DNA of 64,000 nt from positions 5,505-69,504 of the forward strand of contig MAEO01000003.1 in NCBI GenBank assembly GCA_001683985.1, in the 5' to 3' direction. Positions 9,377 through 19,592 of the stretch are shown one piece after another. The position numbers and the translations under genes are program-made. This DNA comes from Smithella sp. M82 (GTDB lineage: Bacteria; Desulfobacterota; Syntrophia; Syntrophales; Smithellaceae). Under the pieces are notes generated by a model. It had not been told where the DNA came from, ran no database searches, and saw nothing but the letters and a program-made list of their open reading frames with translations. Positions within the stretch are counted from its first letter, which is position 1; each line of letters opens with the position of its first letter.

Positions 9377-10159
9377 ATGGACCGGGATTGGGAAATATTA
9401 GAAAAAAGTCTTACCGGAAAAATATTCGGTCATAAACTACAATATTATCCTGAAACAGGGTCCACTAATGATGAAGCTTTTAAACTGGGTATTGCCGGTG
9501 CACCGGAAGGAACAGTTATTATTGCCGATAGTCAAACTGAAGGCAGAGGGCGATTACATAGAGCATGGCATTCACCTGCGGGCAGTAATATTTACACGAC
9601 AGTTATTTTAAGGCCGCAATTGGAGCCGTCAAGAGTTCCGCAGATTTCCATATTTGCCGGTATTGCTGTGGCCGAAGTTCTGGAAAAATATTGTCCGAAC
9701 AGGATAAATGTAAAATGGCCCAATGACATACTTATAAACGGGAAAAAGGTTTGCGGAATTCTTTCCCAGGCCAAAGCTGATGTGAACAAAGTGGATTTTA
9801 TTATACTGGGAATTGGCATTAATGTAAATATAAATCAGTTCCCCGGTGAAATAAGCAATATAGCGACTTCCCTGGCCATAGAGACCGGCAGGGAAATACC
9901 GCGTCAGCAATTGATAATTAGTCTGTATGAAAATTTGGCAAAATGGTATAAACAACTATTACAAGAAGGTTTCGGACGGATCAAGGAAAAATGGTTAAGT
10001 TTGTCTCTGATGATCGGTCAGAAAGTTCAGGTAATGTTTAAGGATGAGATTATCAGCGGCGCGGCAGTAGACCTGGATGATGATGGTTCGCTGATTCTTC
10101 TTGCGGAAGATGGTAAAAGAATTAAAGCATCGGCAGGGGACGCGACAATAATGAGGTGA
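9377..10159 (+). CDS. birA: Biotin--[acetyl-CoA-carboxylase] ligase (group I, no N-terminal HTH)
   Basis: 260-aa ORF with [15 protein letters not shown] (the GRGRxGRxW-type motif) and [17 protein letters not shown]. It is too short to carry a repressor HTH domain. Confidence 0.9.
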   Translation: MDRDWEILEKSLTGKIFGHKLQYYPETGSTNDEAFKLGIAGAPEGTVIIADSQTEGRGRLHRAWHSPAGSNIYTTVILRPQLEPSRVPQISIFAGIAVAEVLEKYCPNRINVKWPNDILINGKKVCGILSQAKADVNKVDFIILGIGINVNINQFPGEISNIATSLAIETGREIPRQQLIISLYENLAKWYKQLLQEGFGRIKEKWLSLSLMIGQKVQVMFKDEIISGAAVDLDDDGSLILLAEDGKRIKASAGDATIMR

Positions 10160-10164
10160 TCAAT

Positions 10165-10947
10165 ATGCTGTTAGTCATTGACGTCGGCAACACAAATACA
10201 GTTTTAGGACTTTTTGACGGCGAACGTTTAATCCACGACTGGCGGATTCGCACGGAAAGCGATCATACCGTGGATGAGTATGGAATACTTATCTCGAATC
10301 TTTATCAGTCCAGCCGGATGAATGCTAAAGAAATCAAATCGGTTACAGCTGTTATTATTTCGTGCGTTGTGCCGCCTATGCTCAATATTCTGGAACCGCT
10401 ATGTCAGAAATATTTCAAAATCAAACCGATGATTGTCGGGCCGGGTATCAAAACGGGAATGCCGATTTTTTACGATAATCCCAAAGAAGTAGGCGCAGAC
10501 AGAATTGTTAATGCTGTTGCGGCATATAACAAGTATCGTAAGGAATGTATTATTGTCGATTTCGGTACGGCAACAACTTTTGACTATATTTCTCCGAAAG
10601 GAGAATATATGGGCGGTTGTATCGCGCCGGGAATAGTTATTTCCACCGAGGCGTTATTTGCACGTGCGTCAAAATTACCGCGTGTCGAATTCAGTAAACC
10701 AAAAAGCATCATCACTAAAGATACTGTCAGTGCAATGCAGGCCGGCATAATGTTCGGTTATGCCGGCCTGGTGGACGGTATAGTAGAAAGAATGAAGGCG
10801 GAAGCTAAAACAAAACCATTGGTAATAGCAACCGGCGGTCTGGCCGGAATTATAGCACAGGAAGCCAGGAGTATTGATAAAATTGAAGAGATGCTGACGC
10901 TGGAAGGATTGCGTCTTATTTATAATCTCAATAAAAAATCATGTTAA
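10165..10947 (+). CDS. coaX: Type III pantothenate kinase
   Basis: The ATG at 10165 follows GAGGTGA. The product starts [12 protein letters not shown] and contains [11 protein letters not shown] and DFGTATTFD, typical of CoaX. The track start at 10156 (GTG) is an alternative. Confidence 0.93.
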   Translation: MLLVIDVGNTNTVLGLFDGERLIHDWRIRTESDHTVDEYGILISNLYQSSRMNAKEIKSVTAVIISCVVPPMLNILEPLCQKYFKIKPMIVGPGIKTGMPIFYDNPKEVGADRIVNAVAAYNKYRKECIIVDFGTATTFDYISPKGEYMGGCIAPGIVISTEALFARASKLPRVEFSKPKSIITKDTVSAMQAGIMFGYAGLVDGIVERMKAEAKTKPLVIATGGLAGIIAQEARSIDKIEEMLTLEGLRLIYNLNKKSC

Positions 10948-11576
10948 ACGTCGGATTAACAGGCGGCATCGCCTGCGGAAAATCAACGGTAGCAAAGATG
11001 TTTGCAGCGTTGGGCGCTCATTTAATTGATTTTGACAGGCTTGCTCACTATGTTCAGGAACCGGGAAAGCCGGCTTATAAAGAAGTTGTCAAACATTTTG
11101 GCAATACCGTTCTTCAACCGGATAAAAAGATAGACCGTCTAAAATTAGGGAATATAGTTTTTTCAAACAAAAAGAAAATTCTTGAGCTTAACAATATTGT
11201 TCATCCTTTTGTTTATCAGGAATGGTATCATCGTCTGGAAAAAATCAAAGCAAAAGAAGAACATGCCATTATTTTATCTGATGTTCCTCTTTTGTTCGAA
11301 GGTGGAATGCGGCATTTGTTTGATCTGACCGTTTTGGTTCTCGTAACGCCCGAGAAACAGCTTCGCAGGTTGAGAAAACGTAATGAATTAAGTCAAGAAG
11401 AAGCGGAGAAAAGATTGAAAAGTCAAATGCCGATTAAGGAAAAAATAAAACTGGCTGATATTGTAATTGATAATGAAGGAAGTATTGATGAAACTGAAGA
11501 GAGAGTAAAGCAAATCTGGCAGGAACTTTTGCACCGGGAAAAACAAAAAAATAAATTTGGGCAGAAACTGTCTTAA
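10941..11576 (+). CDS. coaE: Dephospho-CoA kinase
   Basis: 211-aa ORF with the P-loop [12 protein letters not shown]. Its start overlaps the coaX stop by 7 nt. Confidence 0.93.
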   Translation: MLNVGLTGGIACGKSTVAKMFAALGAHLIDFDRLAHYVQEPGKPAYKEVVKHFGNTVLQPDKKIDRLKLGNIVFSNKKKILELNNIVHPFVYQEWYHRLEKIKAKEEHAIILSDVPLLFEGGMRHLFDLTVLVLVTPEKQLRRLRKRNELSQEEAEKRLKSQMPIKEKIKLADIVIDNEGSIDETEERVKQIWQELLHREKQKNKFGQKLS

Positions 11577-11604
11577 TCAAAACATAAAAAAACGGAGGAA
11601 GAAA

Positions 11605-12222
11605 ATGATTGAGAAAAACGTAAAAACGGATTTTAGCGCAAAAATATCCGAACCGGTTATTGGAGCGGGCACATTCGTGCATCCGCTGGCGGCGGTTATA
11701 GGCAATGTAATCTTGGGTAAAAATGTTATGGTTGCGCCAACCGCTTGCGTGCGAGGTGATGAAGGTCAGCCGTTGCATGTGGGCGACGATTCCAATGTCC
11801 AGGATGGTGTGATAATTCACGCTTTAGAGACGGAACTGGATGGAGAGCCGATCGGGGAAAACCGGATGGAAGTTGACGGTAAAAAATATGCTGTTTATGT
11901 GGGTAAGAGAGTTTCGCTGGCTCATCAGGCACAGATTCACGGTCCGGCTGTAGTAATGGATGATACCTTTGTAGGAATGAAGGTTCTGGTTTTTAAATCT
12001 TCCGTAGGAAAGAATTGCGTGATCGAGCCCGGTGTTATTTTAATGGGAGTTAGAGTTGCCGATGGTCGCTATGTGCCGGTCGGATCGATTATTAAAACTC
12101 AGGCCGAAGCCGATGCGCTGCCCGTAATTACAGCTGATTATCCTCTTAAAGACATGAATAAAGGTGTATTGCATGTGAATAAAGCGCTGGCCAAAGGGTA
12201 TCTGGCATCTGCCGGAAAGTAA
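11605..12222 (+). CDS. cam: Gamma-class carbonic anhydrase, Cam type
   Basis: The ATG at 11605 follows GGAGGAAG; the tracked start at 11557 lies in the coaE tail. The left-handed beta-helix protein is colinear with my memory of Methanosarcina thermophila Cam: VRGDEG, NVQDGVIIHALET, SLAHQAQIHGP (three His ligands), DDTFVGM, DGRYVP, QAEADALP. Confidence 0.85.
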   Translation: MIEKNVKTDFSAKISEPVIGAGTFVHPLAAVIGNVILGKNVMVAPTACVRGDEGQPLHVGDDSNVQDGVIIHALETELDGEPIGENRMEVDGKKYAVYVGKRVSLAHQAQIHGPAVVMDDTFVGMKVLVFKSSVGKNCVIEPGVILMGVRVADGRYVPVGSIIKTQAEADALPVITADYPLKDMNKGVLHVNKALAKGYLASAGK

Positions 12223-12232
12223 TGGAAATCAG

Positions 12233-12973
12233 ATGTTCTCGTTGAAAAATGTAGTAAAAAGTGAATCAACAAATGCAAATGAAAAACAAAAAGGGTGTCT
12301 ATCCTGCGGATCAAAGCAAAATATTGGAAACCGGAAATATTGTTCGATAAAATGCCGTCAGAATCTCCGGCAGAAACTCAATACGAGGAACGGCCTGTTG
12401 CAGGCCTTAAACACCCGTTACGCAGCTTTTTATTTTTCAGAGAAAAAAATTGTTCTGGATATTGTTCCTCACGGAATTAAAGAAGTTTTCCGTTATGAAA
12501 GTAAACGATCAACGGGAAACAATCCGGCTGCGGATTTCAGTATTATGGCCAATGCGTTGGGAGATGCATGGTGGAAGGAATCGAAACGGACAAACAAAAA
12601 TTATCTGGCTTCCCAGCACGTCCTGAAATTGGCAACCCGCCACAGGATTTCTGATGGGTTGCAACGTCCCAGATTGACGAGGACGCCGAGTGTCAAGACA
12701 GGAATTCTGGAATCTCTGGAAATAAAAAAAACTGACCTTTATTCGCATGAATTAAAAAAAATAATAAAAAGCGCTTACAGACACCAGGCAAAAATGCATC
12801 ATCCTGATGCCGGTGGTCAAGCAGCAATTTTTCGTAAGATTCATAATGCTTATAAGGAACTTTTGCGCTGGGCGGATAATCCTGTCTATATCAGGCGCCG
12901 CGGCTTTCCCGATAAATGGTACTATGATGGTGAAAGTAAAAAATGGGTGCAGCCTGCGCCAGGCAGGAAATAG
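12233..12973 (+). CDS. Hypothetical protein with an N-terminal Cys4 zinc-ribbon-like motif and a C-terminal J domain
   Basis: 246-aa ORF with CLSCGSKQNIGNRKYCSIKC near the N-terminus. LKKIIKSAYRHQAKMHHPDAGGQAAIFRKIHNAYKELL carries the HPD tripeptide typical of DnaJ-type J domains. Confidence 0.7.
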   Translation: MFSLKNVVKSESTNANEKQKGCLSCGSKQNIGNRKYCSIKCRQNLRQKLNTRNGLLQALNTRYAAFYFSEKKIVLDIVPHGIKEVFRYESKRSTGNNPAADFSIMANALGDAWWKESKRTNKNYLASQHVLKLATRHRISDGLQRPRLTRTPSVKTGILESLEIKKTDLYSHELKKIIKSAYRHQAKMHHPDAGGQAAIFRKIHNAYKELLRWADNPVYIRRRGFPDKWYYDGESKKWVQPAPGRK

Positions 12974-13004
12974 CTGTTTTAAGCATGAATTTTTCTGGAA
13001 TTTA

Positions 13005-14420
13005 TTAATTGTCTTTGCCTCCGCCAAGTGTCTTATAAAGAACAATTTGATTATTGATTTTGGCCAGGCGCAGCATTGTTAAATCCTGTTGTGCACCGTA
13101 GAGCGTGCGCTGCGCATCAAGAACGGAAAGATAGCTGTCGATTCCCTTGGTGTAGCGTGCATTACTAAGACGATAAGTTTCCGCAATTGCGTCAACCAAT
13201 GATTGTTGCGCTGAAATTCGCTGATCAACCATACTTTTTTCTGCAAGGGCATCGGCAACTTCCCGAAATGCTGTTTGAATGGTTTTTTCGTATTGGGCTA
13301 CGGATATTTCCTTTTCTGCTTTTGTTACATCATATGCCGACCAGGTACGGAGGTCGAATATCGGCATGATGATCTGCGGAGCAAAATTCCAGGTGTCCTG
13401 ACCGGCTTTAAAAAGTCCGGATAGTTCGGCGCTGGCTGTTCCGATAGTAGTTGTCAAAGCAATGCGGGGGAAAAAGGCAGCACGGGCGGCGCCGATATTG
13501 GCATTAGCCGCTTTTAACTGATGTTCGGCGGCAAGAATATCGGGTCGAAACAAAAGAACAGCAGATGACAAACCCGGGGAAAAATCTTTTGGTGTGCCAA
13601 CACTTGTAAGATCATGGGGCAGCAATTCTTGTTCGATTGTATGGCCGGTTAGAAGATTTAAAAAGTTTTCATCCTGTGCTGTCAATTGTTTGTAACGGGC
13701 GACATCTCCTCTGGCTGCCTCAACCTGACTTTGCGCCCGTTTCACGTCTAGCTCGGAAACGATCCCCGCGTCATAGCGTTTGCGCATTAATTTATAAATA
13801 GCTTCCTGAGTTTCAAAAGTGGAAATTGCCGTTTTAAGATTTTCTCTGTCTGCCGCCAGCATCAGATAGGCCTGTGCAACGGCTGATATCAGAGAAATTT
13901 GTGCGCCGCGATGCGCCTCTTGGGTGGCCAGATATTGTTCCAATGCCCGGTCTTTCAGGCTGCGAATGCGGCCAAATAAATCGATTTCCCACGAACTAAT
14001 GCCGAGATTGACATTGTATTTTTCGGTGGTCATTGCGCTTCCGGTTGATGAAAGGTCACCCGGCATTCGTTCTTTATACATACTTCCTGCAGCATTAACC
14101 GACGGTAGAAGCTCGGCTCGTGAAATACCGTAATAGGCTCTTGCTCTTTCAACATTCAACGCCGCTACTCGCAGATCACGATTGTTTTTCAACGATGTTT
14201 CTATGATTTTTTGCAATTTTTCATCGGCAATGAATTCACGCCACGGGAGTTCCGGCGCCATTACTGCAGGCGCGCCGGTTACGGTCTCCTGATAAACAGA
14301 ACTTTGCGGCCATTGTGCAGGAACGGGTGATGCCGGTTTTGTATATTTAGGAGCCAGGGCGCATCCGCACAGTACGAAAAATATAAAAACAACCGGTAGA
14401 AGAACCAACTTTCTTGTCAT
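13005..14420 (-). CDS. RND efflux outer-membrane factor lipoprotein (NodT/OprM family)
   Basis: 471-aa ORF with signal peptide plus lipobox (VLCGC) and two OEP/TolC-like repeats. It is immediately downstream of the RND pump gene. Confidence 0.92.
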   Translation of the reverse strand: MTRKLVLLPVVFIFFVLCGCALAPKYTKPASPVPAQWPQSSVYQETVTGAPAVMAPELPWREFIADEKLQKIIETSLKNNRDLRVAALNVERARAYYGISRAELLPSVNAAGSMYKERMPGDLSSTGSAMTTEKYNVNLGISSWEIDLFGRIRSLKDRALEQYLATQEAHRGAQISLISAVAQAYLMLAADRENLKTAISTFETQEAIYKLMRKRYDAGIVSELDVKRAQSQVEAARGDVARYKQLTAQDENFLNLLTGHTIEQELLPHDLTSVGTPKDFSPGLSSAVLLFRPDILAAEHQLKAANANIGAARAAFFPRIALTTTIGTASAELSGLFKAGQDTWNFAPQIIMPIFDLRTWSAYDVTKAEKEISVAQYEKTIQTAFREVADALAEKSMVDQRISAQQSLVDAIAETYRLSNARYTKGIDSYLSVLDAQRTLYGAQQDLTMLRLAKINNQIVLYKTLGGGKDN

Positions 14421-14421
14421 A

Positions 14422-17400
14422 TCATTTTACCTCGGATGAATTCATATTATCTGTTGCAGCCGGTTTCTGTTTTTGTTTCCTGCCGAATAGTTTTTCAATC
14501 AAAACATAGAAAAGAGGAACGAAAACAACCACCAGTATCGTAGCAGTGAACATGCCGCCCAGCACACTGGTGCCGATAGCGTTTTGTGCTCCCGCTCCTG
14601 CTCCGGTTGTTATAACAAGAGGCAGAACTCCGAAACCGAAAGCCAGAGATGTCATGACAATCGGACGAAAACGAAGTTTAACCCCCTGCAAAGTTGCATC
14701 TATCAGCGCCATTCCGTTTTCCACACCGGTTTTGGCAAACTGGACGATAAGAATTGCGTTTTTGGTGGTCAGTCCCAGTGTCGTTAAAAGACCGATCTGG
14801 AAATATACGTCATTGGCCAGTCCTCTCATGCTGGAAGCGATAACGCCGCCGATGACACCAAGCGGAAGTATAAGAAGAATGGATATCGGGATTGTCCAAC
14901 TTTCGTAAAGCGCGGCCAGGCAAAGAAAAATAACAAAAATTGAAAAAGCATACAAAAGCGGAGCTTGTGCGCTGGACATCCGTTCCTGATAAGAAAGTCC
15001 GGTCCAGTCGAAGCCAAATCCTTTGGGTAATTTTTCCACAGCTTCTTCCATGGCCGCCATTGCTTCTCCGGAGCTTCTTCCGGGCGCCGGTTCACCCCAG
15101 ATATTGATAGAAGGAAAACCATTGAAACGCGCCAGTTGCGTGGCGCCTGAAGTCCACCGTCCGGTTGCAAATGAAGAGAAGGGAACCATTTTGCCTTGCA
15201 TGTTGCGAACATAAAGTTTTTCCATATCGTCGGGCAACATTCTGTAGGGAGCGTCTGCCTGAATATAAACTCGTTTAATACGAGCTCCCTGTATAAAGTC
15301 GTTGACATAAGCGCTGCCGAAAGAGGCGGAGATTGTTGTGTGAATTGATGAGATTGGCACACCAAGGGCGCCGGCCTTTTCCCAGTCAACGTCGACTCGG
15401 TATTGAGGCACATCCATCATACTGTTGGGACGAACAGACGTAACCCGCGGATCTTTGGCCGCAATACCTAATAACTGGTACTGTCCGTTCACCAACGTTT
15501 GATGACCCAATCCGCCTCTGTCCAACAGCTCGAAGTCAAAACCCTTAGCCATACCCAACTCCGGAACTGCAGGAGGGGGAAAAACGAAGACCATGGCTTC
15601 TCGGATGCCAGAGAAAGCCATCATGGCCCGTCCGGCAATGGCTTTTACCTTGAGGTCAGTCCGGTTTCTCAGCTCCCAGTCCTTCAACTTGATGAACACC
15701 ATGCCGTTATTCTGCGCCCGGCCTGAAAAACCGATACCGGAAATTGTCATGGTTGACGCCACAGCTTCCTTTTCATTTTCTTTGAAATAGAGCTCAATTT
15801 TTTTTAATACTTCTTTAGTCTGTTCCAGTGTGGAACCGGTGGGCGTCATCACCTGAGCTAGAAGTGTTCCCTGATCTTCATCCGGCAGGTAAGCAGTCGG
15901 CATGCGTAGAAAAAGGAATCCCATGATTGCCGAGATTATAAGAAATATAACCAAATAACGTAATTTCCGAGATAAGGAATGACCAACCAGTCCTACACAC
16001 CAATCTCTGATTTTAAAGAATATGCGATCAAACCACAGGAAAAAAGGACGAAGAAAAGCTATAGCGCTTTCTGCCGGTTCATGTCCTGCTTTTACCGGTT
16101 TGAGCAACGAAGCGCAAAGTACGGGAGTCAGGATCAATGCAACAACGACCGAGAGAAGCATTGCGGAGATGATGGTTATAGAAAACTGACGATAAATAAT
16201 ACCGGTAGAACCGGGGAAAAACGCCATAGGACCAAACACTGCTGAGAGCACCAATCCGATGCCGATTAAGGCGCTCGTAATTTGTTCCATGGATTTGGCC
16301 GTAGCTTCTTTCGGAGAAAGTCCTTCTTCGCTCATAATTCGTTCCACGTTTTCTACAACAACAATGGCATCATCAACCAGAAGACCTATGGCTAGCACCA
16401 TGGCAAACATGGTCAGCATGTTGATGGAATAACCCAGAAGCCCCAGTATGGCGAATGTTCCCAGAAGCACTACCGGAACCGCAATAGTGGGGATGAGAGT
16501 AGCTCTGATGTTACCCAGAAAAAGCCACATAATCAGGAAGACCAGCAATATGGCTTCAAAAAGGGTTTTAACGACTTCACTAATCGCCACTCTGATAAAC
16601 GGGGTAGTGTCGTGCGGATAAGTAACTTTTAAACCTGCCGGAAAGAAGCGGCTCATTTCCGCCAATTTCGCTTTGACGGCATCTGCCGTATCCAGCGCAT
16701 TGGCGCCGGCGGCTTGGCGGATCGCAATTCCAGCCGAGGGTTTGCCATTATAGGCGACTTCAATGTCGTAGATTTCAGAACCGAGTTCAGTGCGGGAAAC
16801 ATCGCCGATGCGGACGATTGATCCATCCGGATTGGTGCGCAGGGGAATGTTGGCAAACTCTTCGGGAGTCGAAAGCATGTTCTGGACAATAATGGAAGCA
16901 TTCAATCGCTGTCCTTCAACTGCCGGGGCGCCGCCGAACTGCCCGGCCGAAACTTCAACATTGTATGACTTAAGTGCAGTTATGACATCGTCCACCGTGA
17001 GGAAATAAGCCGTCAATTTATCCGGTTCAAGCCAGATGCGCATGGAATATTCACTGCCAAAAATTTCCACCTCTCCCACGCCGGGCACACGAGCGATTAC
17101 TTGTTCCAGTTTGGATTTTGCAAAATCTCTCAGGTCAGCGCCATCCATGCTGCCGTCTTCTGAAATTATGCCTACAACCATCAGATAATTACGGGTGGAT
17201 TTCTTTACCTCCACACCCTTATTTTTTACAACATCAGGAAGGCTGGGCATGGCGGTTTGAAGCTTGTTTTGCACCTGCGACCAGGCAAAATCAGGATCTG
17301 TTCCCGGGGCAAAAGTAAGCTCGAGACGCGATGTGCCTGCCGAATCACTGACAGAAGACATGTAGATCATATTTTCGAGGCCGGTCATTTTTTGCTCGAT

Positions 17401-17595
17401 AAGTTGAGTTACGCTGTTTTCGACAGTTTCAGCTGAAGCGCCCGGATAGGAGGAAGTAACAGAGATTGATGGCGGAGCCATTAACGGATACTGGGAAATG
17501 GGTAAATTGTAAATGGCAAGCGCTCCCAGCGCCATAAGGGTAACGGCAATAACCCAGGCAAAAACAGGACGTTTTAAGAAAAATTTAGATAACAT
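14422..17595 (-). CDS. RND multidrug efflux transporter, inner-membrane permease (AcrB/MexB family)
   Basis: 1057-aa ORF with the typical AcrB N-terminus (FFLKRPVFAWVIAV), 12-TM architecture and conserved GLLVDDAIVVVENVER. Confidence 0.97.
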   Translation of the reverse strand: MLSKFFLKRPVFAWVIAVTLMALGALAIYNLPISQYPLMAPPSISVTSSYPGASAETVENSVTQLIEQKMTGLENMIYMSSVSDSAGTSRLELTFAPGTDPDFAWSQVQNKLQTAMPSLPDVVKNKGVEVKKSTRNYLMVVGIISEDGSMDGADLRDFAKSKLEQVIARVPGVGEVEIFGSEYSMRIWLEPDKLTAYFLTVDDVITALKSYNVEVSAGQFGGAPAVEGQRLNASIIVQNMLSTPEEFANIPLRTNPDGSIVRIGDVSRTELGSEIYDIEVAYNGKPSAGIAIRQAAGANALDTADAVKAKLAEMSRFFPAGLKVTYPHDTTPFIRVAISEVVKTLFEAILLVFLIMWLFLGNIRATLIPTIAVPVVLLGTFAILGLLGYSINMLTMFAMVLAIGLLVDDAIVVVENVERIMSEEGLSPKEATAKSMEQITSALIGIGLVLSAVFGPMAFFPGSTGIIYRQFSITIISAMLLSVVVALILTPVLCASLLKPVKAGHEPAESAIAFLRPFFLWFDRIFFKIRDWCVGLVGHSLSRKLRYLVIFLIISAIMGFLFLRMPTAYLPDEDQGTLLAQVMTPTGSTLEQTKEVLKKIELYFKENEKEAVASTMTISGIGFSGRAQNNGMVFIKLKDWELRNRTDLKVKAIAGRAMMAFSGIREAMVFVFPPPAVPELGMAKGFDFELLDRGGLGHQTLVNGQYQLLGIAAKDPRVTSVRPNSMMDVPQYRVDVDWEKAGALGVPISSIHTTISASFGSAYVNDFIQGARIKRVYIQADAPYRMLPDDMEKLYVRNMQGKMVPFSSFATGRWTSGATQLARFNGFPSINIWGEPAPGRSSGEAMAAMEEAVEKLPKGFGFDWTGLSYQERMSSAQAPLLYAFSIFVIFLCLAALYESWTIPISILLILPLGVIGGVIASSMRGLANDVYFQIGLLTTLGLTTKNAILIVQFAKTGVENGMALIDATLQGVKLRFRPIVMTSLAFGFGVLPLVITTGAGAGAQNAIGTSVLGGMFTATILVVVFVPLFYVLIEKLFGRKQKQKPAATDNMNSSEVK

Positions 17596-18809
17596 CAGCC
17601 TTCTCCATTAATTCTTTTTCGCGCAGTCGGGACTATATTTTTATTTTCTTTGCCGGTTAAGTCGCCATTTTCATAAGGAACAGCTTTCACAGGTATTCCC
17701 GGTTTTACTTTCAGTATCCCTTCGACAATCACCCGGTCACCCGGTTCCAGCCCTGATGAGACAAGCCATTTGTTGCCGATGGGACGATCAAGGATAAGTT
17801 GTTTCTGCTGAACAATGGAATTCTTGTCTACAATTAATGTGACGGGGTTTCCTTTAGGATCTCGTGACACAGCCTGTTGCGGAGCCAGAATAGCCTTTTT
17901 GTGAACACCTTCCTGTATAATTGCCCGGACAAACATTCCGGGCATCAGGATATCTTTCGGGTTGGGAAATACCATGCGCAAAATAACCGATCCGGTTGTC
18001 GGATCAACTGTTATATCACGAAATTTAAGGTCTCCCTTAAAAGGATATTCACTGCCGTCATCCAGCAGAAGTCTTACCTTTTGTTGATTTTTACCATTTT
18101 GATCCAGCTGTCCTTCCTGTAATTGACGGCGTAAACGAAGAATGTCTGTGGTGGACTGAGTTACATCCACATACATGGGATCCAACTTTTGAATAGTAGC
18201 CAGCGCCACGGGCTGATTGGTAGTTACAAGGGCGCCTTTCGTAATATTGGATCTGCCGATTCGACCGGAAATGGGCGCCGTAATCGTTGTATATTTAAGA
18301 TTAATGCGGGCAGTTTCGACATTTGCTTTCCAGTATTGTATGTCTGCCTGAACCTGTTTTAATGCAGCGGAAGCATCGTCATAGTCCTGTTGACTTACAG
18401 CTTTATCGTTTAATAAATCCTTTAATCTGTTTACTTTTAATTGGATTGCCGGTAGATTGGCTTCGGACCTTGCCAGAGCAGCTTTGGCATTATCCAGCGC
18501 TGCCCGATAGATATCAGGATCAATTTTAAAGAGAGGCTGACCGGCTTTTACATAGCTGCCTTCTGTAAATAAACGATCTTGAATTATACCGCTAACCTGC
18601 GGCCGCACTTCAGCGATTAAATCGGCGGAGGTTCGTCCGGTAAGTTCTGTCGTTGTGACAACAGGTTCTGTCTTTATAGTTATAACGGCTACTTCAGGTA
18701 TTGGCGGAGGACCACCCTGGTTTTTCTTCCCGCAGTTACTTAGGATAAAACACGCAAGGAGAACAATCGTGAGAACCAGCAACAATTTTATTTTATTATT
18801 TTTTTCCAT
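17595..18809 (-). CDS. RND efflux periplasmic adaptor (AcrA/MexA family)
   Basis: 404-aa ORF with a lipoprotein signal (LSNCG), a coiled-coil hairpin and a barrel-sandwich hybrid region. Its stop overlaps the pump start. Confidence 0.93.
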   Translation of the reverse strand: MEKNNKIKLLLVLTIVLLACFILSNCGKKNQGGPPPIPEVAVITIKTEPVVTTTELTGRTSADLIAEVRPQVSGIIQDRLFTEGSYVKAGQPLFKIDPDIYRAALDNAKAALARSEANLPAIQLKVNRLKDLLNDKAVSQQDYDDASAALKQVQADIQYWKANVETARINLKYTTITAPISGRIGRSNITKGALVTTNQPVALATIQKLDPMYVDVTQSTTDILRLRRQLQEGQLDQNGKNQQKVRLLLDDGSEYPFKGDLKFRDITVDPTTGSVILRMVFPNPKDILMPGMFVRAIIQEGVHKKAILAPQQAVSRDPKGNPVTLIVDKNSIVQQKQLILDRPIGNKWLVSSGLEPGDRVIVEGILKVKPGIPVKAVPYENGDLTGKENKNIVPTARKRINGEG

Positions 18810-18904
18810 TTAATACCTCTGCCTGCTTTAATTGTTTTAATGAAATCGTTTTCTGTTCCATATATGTGTAGATTTTTAAATAGGGGAAAACATTTTTTAT
18901 ATTT

Positions 18905-18926
18905 TAAACTTCTTTTTAAAAGTTTA
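18905..18926. promoter_or_regulatory. Inverted repeat TAAACTT-N8-AAGTTTA between the TetR gene and the RND adaptor gene (candidate operator)
   Basis: The 7-bp perfect arms lie at 18905-18911 and 18920-18926. No U-run follows on the transcribed (minus) strand, so an operator is more likely than a terminator. Confidence 0.3.
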
Positions 18927-18927
18927 G

Positions 18928-19548
18928 CTATCGTTTTATTCCGTCCCAACAGGCTTCCGCAGCCTGTTTTATTAAGTTTTCATCCAAGTTTATAAAGCCG
19001 AGAATGTGGTCTCGCATAAGAGATATCAGGGGGCCAAAGGCGATTGAAAATAATGCTGTTTTAGGAAAATCTTTCAAAATCTTCTTGTCAATTCCTTCCA
19101 CAAAGATATCCATCAGGATATCATGTCTGCCCGGTTTTTCCAGGACTCTGTCCCTATGAAGGGAGATACCATATGGAGAGTTGAAATACTGCTCCATGTA
19201 ACGAAAATGAAGAGGGTGTGCTATAAAATACTGCATAAGTTTTCTAATCAAATAAAGAAATCTATCCTTAAGAGGTTGATCGATTTTGTAGCCTTGGTAA
19301 AGATATAAATTTATTTTCTCCTCTAATTCCTGATGCAATTCTGTAATAAGGCAATCCTTGCTCTTGAAATAACGATATATAGTTCCGGCTCCAACACCAG
19401 CCTTTTTTGCAATCATAGACATAGGTACGCCGTGAAAGCCTTTTTCCGCAATAAGCTCTAAGGATGCACGAACAATTTCGTCATGTTTGTCAATATTTTT
19501 TATAAATTGACCTCTGAAAACGGAGTGAACATTCATTCCAGTATGCAT
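18928..19548 (-). CDS. TetR/AcrR family transcriptional regulator
   Basis: 206-aa ORF with a TetR HTH (IVRASLELIAEKGFHGVPMSMIAKKAGVGAGTIYRYFKSKD), upstream of and co-directional with the RND operon. An alternative start lies at 19536 (MNVHS...). Confidence 0.9.
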   Translation of the reverse strand: MHTGMNVHSVFRGQFIKNIDKHDEIVRASLELIAEKGFHGVPMSMIAKKAGVGAGTIYRYFKSKDCLITELHQELEEKINLYLYQGYKIDQPLKDRFLYLIRKLMQYFIAHPLHFRYMEQYFNSPYGISLHRDRVLEKPGRHDILMDIFVEGIDKKILKDFPKTALFSIAFGPLISLMRDHILGFINLDENLIKQAAEACWDGIKR

Positions 19549-19568
19549 TATTAAAAAATTTTTGTCAA

Positions 19569-19592
19569 GAAATTTATAGAAATTTATAGAAA
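19569..19592. repeat. Tandem direct repeat GAAATTTATA x2 plus a partial third unit
   Basis: Seen directly in the sequence. It lies just upstream (minus-strand sense) of a TTGACA box (reverse complement of 19563-19568) ahead of the TetR gene, and it overlaps the mobA stop codon. Confidence 0.5.

Noticed and set aside
11434-11820. 128-aa minus-strand ORF overlapping coaE and cam
   Set aside because: It is antisense to two strongly supported genes and has no motifs.
14546-17318. Many 60-195-aa ORFs overlapping the RND pump gene in other frames or on the other strand (for example 14826..15413, 14546..14908, 15979..16245)
   Set aside because: They lie fully inside a well-supported 1057-aa AcrB-family gene. 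Their Pro/Arg/Ser-rich compositions are typical of off-frame translation of G+C-richer coding DNA.
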